Positions 1-9,458 of a DNA stretch of 24,757 nt are shown piece after piece; the stretch's first letter is position 1, and each line of letters starts with the position of its first letter. The DNA comes from an uncultured Flavobacteriaceae bacterium. Its GTDB lineage: Bacteria > Bacteroidota > Bacteroidia > Flavobacteriales > Flavobacteriaceae. The notes under the pieces are model-generated. The model ran no database searches. It worked only from the letters and a program-made list of their open reading frames with translations, and was not told the DNA's origin. The translations under genes and the position numbers were made by a program. The stretch lies in NCBI GenBank assembly GCA_938041595.1, contig CALITN010000051.1:1-24757 (forward strand), in the 5' to 3' direction.

Positions 1-1
1 G

Positions 2-454
2 TTTTTATTTCATTTCCCAAGTATATCCATTGGTGATTTTACTTTAATTAATTATATCAACAAGGGGACTTATGCTAAAAACTCTAGAGTCGGTTCCAAA
101 CTCCTCAAATACGGATTGATGACACTCGACTTCATTAATGAGAAATTTTATTTTGAACCTCATCAAAGCAAGGTTCTACTAGAACCGGAAAAATTATTTT
201 TCAATTCCGCCTCCATTGATGAAAAAATAATTGTCGGTATTGTTTGGGATGAAAAACTACAAGACAAAATTCAATTCGGAGATGAAATTCTAGCTGTTAA
301 TGATTGGGATTTGACCAAAATCGAGTTTTGTGATTTTGTTTTAGGAACATCCATTTTTAACAACAATTCAAATACCATTAGGTTTCGATCCCTGAAAGAT
401 TCCGTTTTTACTTTAGAACTAAAAAAAGAGAAAATGGTGTTTGGAGAATACTGA
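2..454 (+). CDS. C-terminal part (5'-truncated at window edge) of a probable retropepsin-like aspartyl protease with C-terminal PDZ-like domain
   Basis: The frame is open from base 2 (FLFHFPSISIGDFTL...), so the ATG at 116 is internal. 'SRVGSKLLKYGLMTLDFINEKFYFEP' resembles the G-x-x-L-L..(V/M)T(I/L)DF..K.YF end of bacterial retropepsin domains. 'IVGIVWDE...IQFGDEILAVN' resembles the PDZ GD-x-I-L-x-V-N motif. The catalytic D(T/S)G motif is not in the window. Confidence 0.6.
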   Translation, partial: FLFHFPSISIGDFTLINYINKGTYAKNSRVGSKLLKYGLMTLDFINEKFYFEPHQSKVLLEPEKLFFNSASIDEKIIVGIVWDEKLQDKIQFGDEILAVNDWDLTKIEFCDFVLGTSIFNNNSNTIRFRSLKDSVFTLELKKEKMVFGEY

Positions 455-455
455 A

Positions 456-483
456 GGATGAATAACGAATGGCAAAGGATGAA
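456..483. repeat. Degenerate heptamer tandem array in the convergent intergenic gap
   Basis: GGATGAA-TAACGAA-TGGCAAA-GGATGAA read directly. All four units end in RAA; units 1 and 4 are identical. Confidence 0.5.
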
Positions 484-497
484 ATAAAGAGATATTT

Positions 498-1745
498 CTA
501 ACGCCGATGCAAGGCTTTAAACAAAAGCTCAAAGGCTTTGTTTACCGTTTTTTGCATCACGCGTTCTCGGTTGTTTCCCATCACAAACCGAAAGCTTTCT
601 ACCCCATCAGGGGTAGCCAGACCAATAAATACAGTTCCTACCTCAGCATCTCCTTCCAAGGCTGATGGTCCGGCATTTCCAGTTGTCGCCAGCGCATAAT
701 CCGATTCCAGCGTTTGCTGTGCCCCTTTTGCCATGGCTTCTGCCACGGCAGCACTCACCACTCCATGTTTCGCAATAATGGTCTCGGAAACTCCCAAAAG
801 ATATGTTTTTGAGGAGGTAGCATAGGTAACCCCGCCGCCAAGAAAAAAAGCAGAAGCTCCAGGATGTGTGGTTATTCGACTGGCAATCAGACCGCCAGTA
901 CAACTTTCCGCAACAGCGAGTGTATGCCCTTTTGTTTGCAATTGTTTACCGATTAATACTTCTATGGGTTCATCCTCCTCTTCTCCATAGTACACATCTT
1001 CAATCAAGGGTCGTAATTTAGCTAGCTCTTCATCCACTTGAGAATGCAATAATTCGGCGTCTGTTCCTTTGGTGGAAAGACGTAAGCGAACCCGGCCTAA
1101 ACTGGGCAAATAGGCTAATTTTATGGCTGCGGGTAACTGAGCTTCCCAATCGGCAATGCGGTCTGCTATGACGCTTTCCCCTAAACCATAGGTCATGATG
1201 GTTTTATGATAGATATGTGGCGTATCAAATTTTTCCTGAAGTGCGGGCAACACTTCATTATTCATCAATGATTTCATTTCATACGGAACTCCTGGCATGG
1301 AAACTACCACCACATCTTTGGCTTCAAACCACATTCCAGAGGCCGTTCCAATGGTGTTTTTAAAAATTCGTGCCTTTTCGGGTAACTTTGCCTGTGCTCG
1401 GTTGGAATCGCTTATGGGTGTCGGGACGTATTTTTCAAAGAGTGTTTCGATATGAGACAAGATTTCAGGATACCAAACCAAACGATCATCAAAATAATCC
1501 GTCAATGTGTGCTTGGTAACATCATCATTGGTTGGCCCTAAACCTCCCGTCAACAACAGCACATCGGCCCGTTGGCGCGCTTCGTCAATTGTTTTTTTAA
1601 TCATTTCTGGCTGGTCAGAAATGGAGGTAATTTGCACTACTTCAAATCCTATTCGGTTGAGCGATTTTGATAAAAAAACAGCATTGGTATTAACAATCTG
1701 CCCAATCAGAATTTCATCGCCGATGGTTATGAGTTCTGCGGTCAT
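498..1745 (-). CDS. cinA: CinA family protein (MocF-like N-terminal domain + PncC-type NMN deamidase domain)
   Basis: N-terminal 'ELITIGDEILIGQIVNTN', 'LTGGLGPTNDDVT', 'MPGVPYEM'; C-terminal 'LAVAESCTGG', 'GVVSAAVAEAMA', 'TTGNAGP'. ATGA overlap with the upstream FAH stop. Confidence 0.93.
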   Translation of the reverse strand: MTAELITIGDEILIGQIVNTNAVFLSKSLNRIGFEVVQITSISDQPEMIKKTIDEARQRADVLLLTGGLGPTNDDVTKHTLTDYFDDRLVWYPEILSHIETLFEKYVPTPISDSNRAQAKLPEKARIFKNTIGTASGMWFEAKDVVVVSMPGVPYEMKSLMNNEVLPALQEKFDTPHIYHKTIMTYGLGESVIADRIADWEAQLPAAIKLAYLPSLGRVRLRLSTKGTDAELLHSQVDEELAKLRPLIEDVYYGEEEDEPIEVLIGKQLQTKGHTLAVAESCTGGLIASRITTHPGASAFFLGGGVTYATSSKTYLLGVSETIIAKHGVVSAAVAEAMAKGAQQTLESDYALATTGNAGPSALEGDAEVGTVFIGLATPDGVESFRFVMGNNRERVMQKTVNKAFELLFKALHRR

Positions 1746-2353
1746 TTTACTTTTACGTCTAGTAATTTTTGTCCTTCCAAAAAGCCTTCCAGATAATCGT
1801 TTTCTTGGACTGCCGCGACGCCCGCCGGGGTTCCTGTAAAAAGAATATCTCCAATTTTGAGAGTGAAAAACTGGGACACATAAGCAATCAGTTGATCGAT
1901 GGTGTAGAGCATCAACTGAGTGTTGGCGCGTTGTACTGAAAGGTCGTTTTTGATGAGTTCAAAGTTGAGCTTTTGAAGGTCTTTAAATTGATTTTTTGGT
2001 ACCCATTGACCCAGAACAGCCGCCCCGTCAAAAGCCTTGGCTTTTTCCCATGGCAAGCCTTTGGCTTTTAGCTGTGCTTGTAAATCGCGCGCGGTAAAGT
2101 CAATTCCCACACTGATTTGGTCGTAGTACTTATGGGCAAATTGCTCTTGAATATGTTTCCCTATGCGATTGATTTTTACAATGATTTCAATTTCATGGTG
2201 CACATCAGAGGAAAAATCAGGGATATAAAAAGGGGTATTGCGCTGTCCGATAGTGGTGTCGGGTTTTAAAAAAACAACCGGCTCTTTGGGACGTTCGTTT
2301 TCGAGCTCCTCAATATGATCTGCATAATTGCGGCCAATACAGATAATCTTCAT
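1742..2353 (-). CDS. Fumarylacetoacetate hydrolase family protein (YcgM/FAHD1-like)
   Basis: 'KIICIGRNYADH', 'PVVFLKP', 'VHHEIE', 'GIDFTARDLQ', 'PWEKAKAFDG', 'GDILFTGTPAGV'. Confidence 0.93.
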   Translation of the reverse strand: MKIICIGRNYADHIEELENERPKEPVVFLKPDTTIGQRNTPFYIPDFSSDVHHEIEIIVKINRIGKHIQEQFAHKYYDQISVGIDFTARDLQAQLKAKGLPWEKAKAFDGAAVLGQWVPKNQFKDLQKLNFELIKNDLSVQRANTQLMLYTIDQLIAYVSQFFTLKIGDILFTGTPAGVAAVQENDYLEGFLEGQKLLDVKVK

Positions 2354-2358
2354 AAGAA

Positions 2359-3129
2359 TTAGCCTTGATTGAATTTACGTAAGCGAATCTGCGTTAATAC
2401 TTTTTTGGTATACCGTGGAAAGTCCGCACCCATCAACCAACCAAAATAGCCTTGCTCTTGCTCCAAAACTTGATCCACGGTTTTGCCTTTGTGTTTCCCA
2501 AAAGAAAAACACTCTTTTCCCTCCTTATTGAAAATGATAAACCCAGCCAAGTCTGCAGATTTTCTTCGGGAAGTAAAAGTACTGAGGAAATCGACAGAAG
2601 GCTCCAATTCGTTGTAGCGTTCCAACTGCGCTTGAAGAACATCAAAGGTCGCACGGGTATCGGCAAGGGCGGAGTGCGCATCGGTCAAATCTTGTTGACA
2701 GTAAAACTTCAACGCGGCCGAAAGAGTACGCTGCTCCATTTTGTGGAAAATGGTTTGAACATCCACCGTTTTAAGATTTTTCATATCAAAGTCATAATCC
2801 GCTCGAAGCATTTCTTCTGCCAAAAGAGGGATATCAAATCGATCCGAATTGAATCCAGCCAAATCACAGTGTATGATAAAAGCGCTGATCTCAGCAACCA
2901 ACTCTCTAAAGGTAGGCGCATCGGCTACTTTTTCATCCGTAATTCCGTGTACCGCAGCGGCCTCCGGGGGAATGGGCATTTCAGGATTAATCAACCATAG
3001 CTTTTCTTCCTGAGAACCATCGGGATTCAGTTTAACAACCGCCATTTCCACAATCCGGTCGTTGGTGATGTTGATACCCGTTGTTTCCAAATCAAAGAAA
3101 CAAATCGGACGGGTGAGTTGAAGTGCCAT
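2359..3129 (-). CDS. DEDDh 3'-5' exonuclease (DNA polymerase III epsilon-like)
   Basis: ExoI 'FFDLETTG', ExoII 'AGFNSDRFDIPLL', ExoIII 'AHSALADT', C-terminal 'FSFGKHKG'. Start moved to ATG 3129 (MALQLTRP), 2 nt after the upstream stop; the track start at 3156 would overlap the E2 gene. Confidence 0.9.
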   Translation of the reverse strand: MALQLTRPICFFDLETTGINITNDRIVEMAVVKLNPDGSQEEKLWLINPEMPIPPEAAAVHGITDEKVADAPTFRELVAEISAFIIHCDLAGFNSDRFDIPLLAEEMLRADYDFDMKNLKTVDVQTIFHKMEQRTLSAALKFYCQQDLTDAHSALADTRATFDVLQAQLERYNELEPSVDFLSTFTSRRKSADLAGFIIFNKEGKECFSFGKHKGKTVDQVLEQEQGYFGWLMGADFPRYTKKVLTQIRLRKFNQG

Positions 3130-3131
3130 AA

Positions 3132-4505
3132 TTATACGGGAGCGGGTTCGTCCCAATTCTCAAGATAATTGGCGACGTTTTTGACAAATTGACCTCCGGT
3201 GGCTCCATTAATTATCCGATGATCGTAACTGTGTGATAAAATAAGTTTGCGGCGAATGCCGATAAAATCTCCATCTGGAGTTTCGATTACCGCAGGCATC
3301 TTACGAATAACACCGACGGCCATAATTCCCACTTGGGGTTGGTTAATAATGGGGGTTCCCATGATGGATCCAAAATTCCCAACATTGGTTACGGTATAGG
3401 TGCCGCCTTGGACTTCATCGGGGAGCAATTGGTTATCTCGGGCGCGACTTGCCAAATCATTGACAGCTTTAGTCAAACCGAACAGATTGAGGTGATCCGC
3501 ATTTCGAATAACGGGAACAATAAGATTCCCATCAGACAGAGCCGTTGCCATTCCTATATTAATGGCTCCCTTTTGGATGATTCGATTACCTTCAACAGAA
3601 CTGTTTAAAAGAGGGAAATCACGGAGGGCTTTCAGGACAGCCGTGATAAATAAGGGGGTAAATGTGAGTTTTTCTCCGGTTCGTTCGAAGAATTTATTCT
3701 TGATCTTTTCACGCCATTCCCAAAGCTCGGTGACGTCTGCCTCGACAAAGGACTGCACATGGGCAGAGGTTTCTTTGCTCTGGATCATATGGTCGGCAAT
3801 CAGTCGACCCATACGGGACATCTCGATGATTTGATCTTCACCGCTGACCACTGCTGGTGCCGGCGTTGGGGTTTTATGCTTGGATGCAGCTAGAGGCGCT
3901 GCCGCAGGAGTCATCGTTTTTTGGGGGGCTTCTTCTGTAACTACAGGTGCTGCTTGACTGCGATTTTCCAAATAGGCCAAAATATCTTTTTTGGTAACTC
4001 GACCGTTTTGTCCCGTTCCCAGCACACGATCCAATTCGTCCTGTGGAATGTTTTCTTGGGCCGCAATGTTTTTAACCAAAGGAGAATAAAAACGTTTTTC
4101 GTTGGAAGCAATTGGCTGGAGTTGTTCTTTGACCTGAGTCATTTCTTCCGCCACAAGTGTAGCAGCTTTGACTGCGGGAGAGGGTGCTTCCTCTCCAGCT
4201 ACAGCGGTTTCTTGAACGGCTTTGGCAACTGCCGTAGGCTGTGGATCCGGAATTGTATTCTCGCCCTCGGTTTGAATCACAGCAAGGACTTCTCCTACTT
4301 TGACCACCTGATCAACCTCAAAGTTTTTTTGTAGTAATATACCTGCGACTTCGGATGGAACATCCGAATCCACTTTATCAGTGGCAATCTCCACCACAGC
4401 ATCGTCAATTTCAATGGTATCGCCCACTTCTTTCAACCAAGAAGTAATCGTGGCTTCGGCCACACTTTCTCCCATTTTAGGGAGTTTTAATTCAAACTTT
4501 GCCAT
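3132..4505 (-). CDS. 2-oxoacid dehydrogenase E2 (dihydrolipoamide acyltransferase), likely branched-chain type
   Basis: One lipoyl domain ('LPKMGESVAEATI', 'EIATDKVDSDVPS'), E3-binding domain ('SPLVKNIA...GTGQNGRVTKKDI'), catalytic domain ('GGTYTVTNVG', 'PIINQPQV', 'SHSYDHRIING'). Confidence 0.92.
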   Translation of the reverse strand: MAKFELKLPKMGESVAEATITSWLKEVGDTIEIDDAVVEIATDKVDSDVPSEVAGILLQKNFEVDQVVKVGEVLAVIQTEGENTIPDPQPTAVAKAVQETAVAGEEAPSPAVKAATLVAEEMTQVKEQLQPIASNEKRFYSPLVKNIAAQENIPQDELDRVLGTGQNGRVTKKDILAYLENRSQAAPVVTEEAPQKTMTPAAAPLAASKHKTPTPAPAVVSGEDQIIEMSRMGRLIADHMIQSKETSAHVQSFVEADVTELWEWREKIKNKFFERTGEKLTFTPLFITAVLKALRDFPLLNSSVEGNRIIQKGAINIGMATALSDGNLIVPVIRNADHLNLFGLTKAVNDLASRARDNQLLPDEVQGGTYTVTNVGNFGSIMGTPIINQPQVGIMAVGVIRKMPAVIETPDGDFIGIRRKLILSHSYDHRIINGATGGQFVKNVANYLENWDEPAPV

Positions 4506-4565
4506 AGTAGGTTTTAGGGGTTAAAAGTACAAAATCTACACAACACTCTGCGGAATCGTAATGTA

Positions 4566-5183
4566 TTACTCTCGTATCGATTTTTCGTAGGGCAAGCGGG
4601 TATTGATACTCCGCGCTAGGGTCACTTCATCAGTATATTCGAGTTCTTCGCCGATAGCAATACCTCTTGCAATAGTGCTAAGACGAACCGAAAATTTACT
4701 GAGTAACTTAAACATATAAAAATTGGTTGTATCTGCTTCCATAGTCGCACTCAGGGCAAAAATCACCTCAGTAATAACCCCGGATTCAACTTTGGAAATC
4801 AAAGAATCTAGAGTTAGATCCTGTGGCCCAACACCATCCATAGGTGAAATAAGTCCCCCCAAAACATGATAAAAACCCTTAAACTGACCTGTTGCCTCAA
4901 TGGCCATGACATCCCGTATATCTTCCACCACACACAAAAGGGTTTCGTCTCGAGACGGATTAGAGCATATCTCACAACGGGGCGCATCCGACAGGTTATG
5001 GCATTGCTCACAATAATTGATGTGATCTCTAAAGTTTGTCAAGGCTGTTGCCAAACGCTGGGTGTGGCTTTGGGGCTGCTTCAAAAGGTGTAAGGCCAGT
5101 CGGAGTGCCGAACGCCTTCCGATGCCGGGTAACTGCGCAATTTCATCAACAGCTTTCTCGAGAAGTTGGGAGGAAAATTCCAT
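4566..5183 (-). CDS. recR: Recombination mediator RecR
   Basis: HhH '[17 protein letters not shown]', C4 zinc finger 'CEQC...CEIC', Toprim 'CVVEDIRD', '[10 protein letters not shown]', 'EYTDEVTL'. ATG at 5183 preferred over TTG at 5189. Confidence 0.96.
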   Translation of the reverse strand: MEFSSQLLEKAVDEIAQLPGIGRRSALRLALHLLKQPQSHTQRLATALTNFRDHINYCEQCHNLSDAPRCEICSNPSRDETLLCVVEDIRDVMAIEATGQFKGFYHVLGGLISPMDGVGPQDLTLDSLISKVESGVITEVIFALSATMEADTTNFYMFKLLSKFSVRLSTIARGIAIGEELEYTDEVTLARSINTRLPYEKSIRE

Positions 5184-5186
5184 GGC

Positions 5187-5194
5187 CAAAAATA
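5187..5194 (-). promoter_or_regulatory. Bacteroidota -7 promoter box for recR
   Basis: Minus strand TATTTTTG is an exact TAnnTTTG, 3 nt before the ATG. No clear -33 box. Confidence 0.5.
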
Positions 5195-5244
5195 GGAAAA
5201 TTATAGTAGGTACATTTTTCTATCTTTAGGCAAAACCAAATATT

Positions 5245-6711
5245 ATGCTTACCCCTTCCACCATCCTTGGGTTGATCCTCACCTACTTTGGGGTATTGAT
5301 TGCTATGTCGTACTGGACTGGTCGTCAAGACAACAATCAGGTTTTTTACAAAGCCAACAAAAGTGCTCCTTGGTATTTAGTCGCCTTTGGTATGGTAGGA
5401 GCCTCGCTTTCGGGCGTTACTTTTATTTCCGTTCCCGGGTGGGTTGCGGACACGCAACTCACTTATTTTCAAGTCGTGCTAGGGTATCTACTTGGGTATT
5501 TTGTTGTTGCTTTTGTATTACTCCCCCTCTACTACCGTTCCAATATCACTTCCATTTATGAATATCTGGGGCAACGATTAGGCCGAAGTAGTCATTTTAC
5601 AGGAGCTGCTTTCTTCTTTATTTCAAGGGTATTGGGAGCCGCTTTCCGCTTGTTTTTAGTAGCCTTAGTATTACAGCAATTTATTTTTGAACCTTGGGGT
5701 GTTCCCTTTGAAATAACCGTGGTGTTATCTATTGCATTAATTTGGCTTTACACCTTCAAGGGGGGGATTCAAACCATCATTTGGACGGATACCTTACAAA
5801 CACTATTAATGCTCGTTGCAGTGGTTTTATCAGTCATATACCTCCTACAAGAAATGGACTGGACCCTAGCCTCGTTTATGAAATCAAGCGCCTTTGAACA
5901 ATACAATAAGATGTGGGTCACTGATGATTGGCTTGCTCGAAACTATTTCCTAAAGTCCCTAATAGGTGGTGCGTTTATCACCATCTGTATGACAGGTTTG
6001 GATCAAGATATGATGCAAAAAAACCTGACCTGTCGCAATCTTAAAGAAGCCCAAAAAAACATGATTAGCTTTAGTTTTGTTCTAGGGGGAGCTACTTTTT
6101 TATTCCTACTGCTTGGAATTCTTCTTTACAGTTTTGCACAGCAAAAAGGAATCGAAATACCCCTAGTGGAAGGGAAAGCCAATACCGATCTACTTTTCCC
6201 AGAAATCGCCCTAAAAGGAGGCTTGGGCGTTGGGGTGGCTGTTACCTTTATTCTAGGGTTAATTGCTGCAGCCTATAGCAGTGCCGACAGTGCGTTGACT
6301 TCCTTAACCACCTCTTTCTGTGTGGACTTTTTGAATCTAGAAAAACGATCTGAAAACGACCAAATACGGATTCGAAAACAAGTTCATATCGGAATGAGTA
6401 TTGCCTTGATTGTAGTTGTCATCCTATTCAAATACGTCCTTGATCGCAATGTGATTGACGGACTGTTGACGGTTGCCTCCTATACCTATGGCCCCTTGCT
6501 CGGACTGTTTGCTTTTGGAATGTTTACCTCCCATCAGGTTCAGGAAAAAAAGGTAATCTGGGTGGCATTGATCGCGGTTGCTATCATTTTCTGTTTGGGG
6601 CAAATTCCAAGTGAATCACTGGGTGGCTATCAAATTGGATATGAACTGCTTCCGCTCAACGGATTGTTGACCTTTCTGGGTTTAGTATTGATTCGTCGAA
6701 AGGAGGACTAG
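5245..6711 (+). CDS. Sodium:solute symporter (SSS/SLC5) family transporter, substrate unknown
   Basis: Many hydrophobic segments; '[12 protein letters not shown]', '[11 protein letters not shown]', '[13 protein letters not shown]', 'DQDMMQKNL', '[14 protein letters not shown]'. Confidence 0.92.
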   Translation: MLTPSTILGLILTYFGVLIAMSYWTGRQDNNQVFYKANKSAPWYLVAFGMVGASLSGVTFISVPGWVADTQLTYFQVVLGYLLGYFVVAFVLLPLYYRSNITSIYEYLGQRLGRSSHFTGAAFFFISRVLGAAFRLFLVALVLQQFIFEPWGVPFEITVVLSIALIWLYTFKGGIQTIIWTDTLQTLLMLVAVVLSVIYLLQEMDWTLASFMKSSAFEQYNKMWVTDDWLARNYFLKSLIGGAFITICMTGLDQDMMQKNLTCRNLKEAQKNMISFSFVLGGATFLFLLLGILLYSFAQQKGIEIPLVEGKANTDLLFPEIALKGGLGVGVAVTFILGLIAAAYSSADSALTSLTTSFCVDFLNLEKRSENDQIRIRKQVHIGMSIALIVVVILFKYVLDRNVIDGLLTVASYTYGPLLGLFAFGMFTSHQVQEKKVIWVALIAVAIIFCLGQIPSESLGGYQIGYELLPLNGLLTFLGLVLIRRKED

Positions 6712-7050
6712 CGTACAGGCATTCTCAGTAGCAATTCCATTTTCTCGTAGTACTTTGGAAAAGCTGGGGTTTTCCGTACCGGGGTTGAACAACACGCGTT
6801 CTGGCCGAAGTGCTAGCAGCCATTCCCGATAGCCTTCTTGATGTTGTGGACTCAAATAGAGGGTGACCGTATGAACTGCTGTAGTGACTTGATCTGGATC
6901 TGTTTGAATGGTAATATCCTCCACCTGTCCTTCTTGCCTTCCCAAAGCCACCACTGGATGTCCTGCCGCGCGCAGTCGCTGAATGGCTTTATAGGCATAT
7001 CGCTCCACCTTGGTGGAGGCACCCAATACAAGTGTCGTTTGTGGGATCAT
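6682..7050 (-). CDS. CoA-binding protein (YccU-like)
   Basis: 'TLVLGAS', 'HTVTLYL', 'VLFNPGTEN', '[12 protein letters not shown]'. The ATG directly abuts the fabH TAA. Confidence 0.88.
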   Translation of the reverse strand: MIPQTTLVLGASTKVERYAYKAIQRLRAAGHPVVALGRQEGQVEDITIQTDPDQVTTAVHTVTLYLSPQHQEGYREWLLALRPERVLFNPGTENPSFSKVLRENGIATENACTLVLLSTNQY

Positions 7051-8058
7051 TTACCAGCGGATAATAGAACTCCCCCAAGTAAATCCACTGCCAAAGGCTG
7101 CGAGAACCACCAAGTCACCCTCTTGGATCTTACCCTCTTCCCAAGCTTCAGTCAAAGCGATTGGAATGGAGCCTGCTGTGGTATTTCCATACCGTTGAAT
7201 ATTAGTATACACTTGATCGTTTCCAAGACCAAACTTCTTTTGCACAAACTGAGATATACGCAAATTCGCCTGATGTGGAATCAACATATCTATAGCATCA
7301 GTGGCCAATCCGTTGGTTGTTAAACCTTCCATAATGACTTCTGAAAAACGAACGACAGCATTTTTAAAAACCAACTGCCCATTCATATAGGGATAATAGG
7401 ATTCATCAGTAGGGTCGTTAGCCTCTATAATTTCTGGCACCCAACGGTTGGTGCTAGGGCCTATCAATGAAAGTTCTTCAGCGAATTTTCCTTCGGAATG
7501 CAGATGGGAAGACAAAACACCCTTCTTAGGATCTTCTTCGCGAGTGATTACTGCCGCTCCGGCACCGTCGCCAAAAATCACTGACACTCCCCTTCCTCGG
7601 GTGGTCATATCCAAGCCTCCGGAGTGGTTTTCAGAACCAATGACCAGTACGTTTTTATACATCCCCGTTTTGATGAATTGATCCGCAGTGGAGAGGGCAT
7701 AAATAAAACCCGAACATTGATTCCGAATGTCCATTGCGGGACAGGTAGGAATCTCTAAAAGTTCTTGTACCAAAACACCTGACCCTGGGAAATAATAGTC
7801 AGGACTCAGAGTCGCAAAAAGGATTAGTTCAATATCTTGGGGAGTGAGCCCCGCTCGTTCAATGGCGATTCGTGCCGCAGCAGCACCCATGCTTGAAGTG
7901 GTGTCACCAGATCCTTTTTTGATATGACGGCGTTCTCGGATCCCCGTTCTTTCTTGGATCCATTCATCGGAGGTCTCCATTATTTCGGATAAATCCTGAT
8001 TTGTTACTATGTTTTCAGGGAGGTATTTGCCCAGACCGGAAATTCTTGATTGGTACAT
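7051..8058 (-). CDS. fabH: 3-oxoacyl-ACP synthase III (FabH family)
   Basis: 'ETSDEWIQERTGIRERR', catalytic Cys in 'RNQCSGF', 'FGDGAGA', 'PHQANLRI', 'YGNTTAGSIP', 'FGSGFTWG'. Confidence 0.93.
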   Translation of the reverse strand: MYQSRISGLGKYLPENIVTNQDLSEIMETSDEWIQERTGIRERRHIKKGSGDTTSSMGAAAARIAIERAGLTPQDIELILFATLSPDYYFPGSGVLVQELLEIPTCPAMDIRNQCSGFIYALSTADQFIKTGMYKNVLVIGSENHSGGLDMTTRGRGVSVIFGDGAGAAVITREEDPKKGVLSSHLHSEGKFAEELSLIGPSTNRWVPEIIEANDPTDESYYPYMNGQLVFKNAVVRFSEVIMEGLTTNGLATDAIDMLIPHQANLRISQFVQKKFGLGNDQVYTNIQRYGNTTAGSIPIALTEAWEEGKIQEGDLVVLAAFGSGFTWGSSIIRW

Positions 8059-8089
8059 AATTGTTGCTATTGATCTTGCAATATAACAG

Positions 8090-8120
8090 AAAAAAACACC
8101 CTACAAAATGTAGGGTGTTT
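8090..8120 (-). terminator. Rho-independent terminator of the TetR-fold/ABC1 pair
   Basis: 12-bp perfect stem aaacaccctaca (8094-8105) / tgtagggtgttt (8109-8120) with a 3-nt loop. The A-run at 8090-8096 gives a U-tract on the minus strand. Confidence 0.85.
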
Positions 8121-8147
8121 GATAATTACAGAAGTAAATAAACCAAT

Positions 8148-9458
8148 TTAAACAAAATTCATGTAATTATTTATGGTGACTTTCGCTTTGAGATCAAAAA
8201 GTAAACTGTAAAGACCGAAAAAGGTTCGGTTGATGTAGATAAAGTGCTCAGAGCCACGATTACCATTCATTTTTCGCCACTCTTTATCCTCAGTAAATTC
8301 CTGACTTAAAGAAGCAATTTGATTCCAGAAAACCGCATCTGAAAAATCAAAGGTGTCGGTGTGAAATGGCAAGGTTAAAAGACAAAGCATTCGGTTGAAT
8401 AGATCAGTGAAAAAGGCAATTTCCTTGGTACTGTCTGTGGGAGTAAGAATTTCCAATGATCTTAAAATATTTTGAAATTTTTCAGGACTATTCAGGTTTT
8501 CCTCTTTAGATAATTCAAAATAAGGCTGGTAAAAATCTTCCGGAATTTGTTTGATACAACCAAAGTCCAAAGCAATCAATTCATGTGTTGGGGAAATCAA
8601 AAAATTCCCAGGATGGGGATCGGCATGCACTTTTTTGAGGCAATGCATTTGAAACATATAAAAGTCCCATAGGCTCTGCCCTAGTTTTTGATTGATCTGA
8701 GGATCTGTATTATCCTGATCGGTATATTCGGAGAGATGAATACCTTCCATCCAATCCATGGTTAATATGCGTTTGTTGGACCATTCTGGATAATACTTTG
8801 GGAAACTAAGATTCGGTACTCCAGAGCATTCCTCTGTGATTTGACGGCTTTGCTCCAGTTCCAATTCGTAATCGGTTTCTTCGAGAAGTTTATTTTCGAC
8901 TTCTTTAAAAAACTTATCAACGTCCTGCCCTTGCAGGTTAAACATACGAACGGCTACCGGTTTGACGATACTTAAATCAGAGCCGATACTGTTTGCCACT
9001 CCTGGGTATTGAATTTTCACAGCAAGTTTTTTCCCATTCTTTGTTGCCTGATGTACCTGACCGATACTGGCAGCATTGATAGATTGAGCAGCAAACGTAT
9101 CAAAAATGACCTCGGGGTCGGCTCCTAAATTTTTACGTATTAATTGTTTGACCAATGGAGTTGAAAGCGGCGGCACTGAAAATTGTGCCAAGCTAAATTG
9201 TTCCACATAGGCCCGGGGCAGCATGTTTTTTTCCATGCTAAGCATTTGTGCCATTTTCAAAGCACTGCCCTTAAGGCTTTTCAGTCCGTCATAAATATCT
9301 TTCGCATTTTCTTCATCCAAAGCTTCTTTGGAAATGTCTCGATTCAGCGCTTTTCCGCTGTAGTATTTGAGGTAATTCCCTCCTACTTTGACACCAGTAG
9401 CTACCAGTTTGGTCGCCCGTTCAATTTTGTTGGTTGGTATGTAATCGAGAGTTTTCAC
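8148..9458 (-). CDS. ABC1/UbiB (AarF) atypical protein-kinase-like protein, COQ8/ADCK3-like motifs
   Basis: 'ALKMAQMLS' (KxGQ variant), 'AASIGQVH', 'AVKIQYPGVANSIGSD', 'ETDYELE', 'HADPHPGNF', 'LDFGC'. GTG start abuts the upstream TAA. Confidence 0.9.
   Translation of the reverse strand: MKTLDYIPTNKIERATKLVATGVKVGGNYLKYYSGKALNRDISKEALDEENAKDIYDGLKSLKGSALKMAQMLSMEKNMLPRAYVEQFSLAQFSVPPLSTPLVKQLIRKNLGADPEVIFDTFAAQSINAASIGQVHQATKNGKKLAVKIQYPGVANSIGSDLSIVKPVAVRMFNLQGQDVDKFFKEVENKLLEETDYELELEQSRQITEECSGVPNLSFPKYYPEWSNKRILTMDWMEGIHLSEYTDQDNTDPQINQKLGQSLWDFYMFQMHCLKKVHADPHPGNFLISPTHELIALDFGCIKQIPEDFYQPYFELSKEENLNSPEKFQNILRSLEILTPTDSTKEIAFFTDLFNRMLCLLTLPFHTDTFDFSDAVFWNQIASLSQEFTEDKEWRKMNGNRGSEHFIYINRTFFGLYSLLFDLKAKVTINNYMNFV

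Noticed and set aside
2452-3000. 182-aa plus-strand ORF
   Set aside because: Antisense shadow of the exonuclease gene; no recognisable motifs and atypical composition.
3840-4270. Ala/Pro-rich low-complexity stretches in E2
   Set aside because: Normal flexible linkers of E2 subunits.
3333-4334. Several plus-strand ORFs of 90-137 aa within the E2 gene
   Set aside because: Antisense shadows of a well-supported gene.
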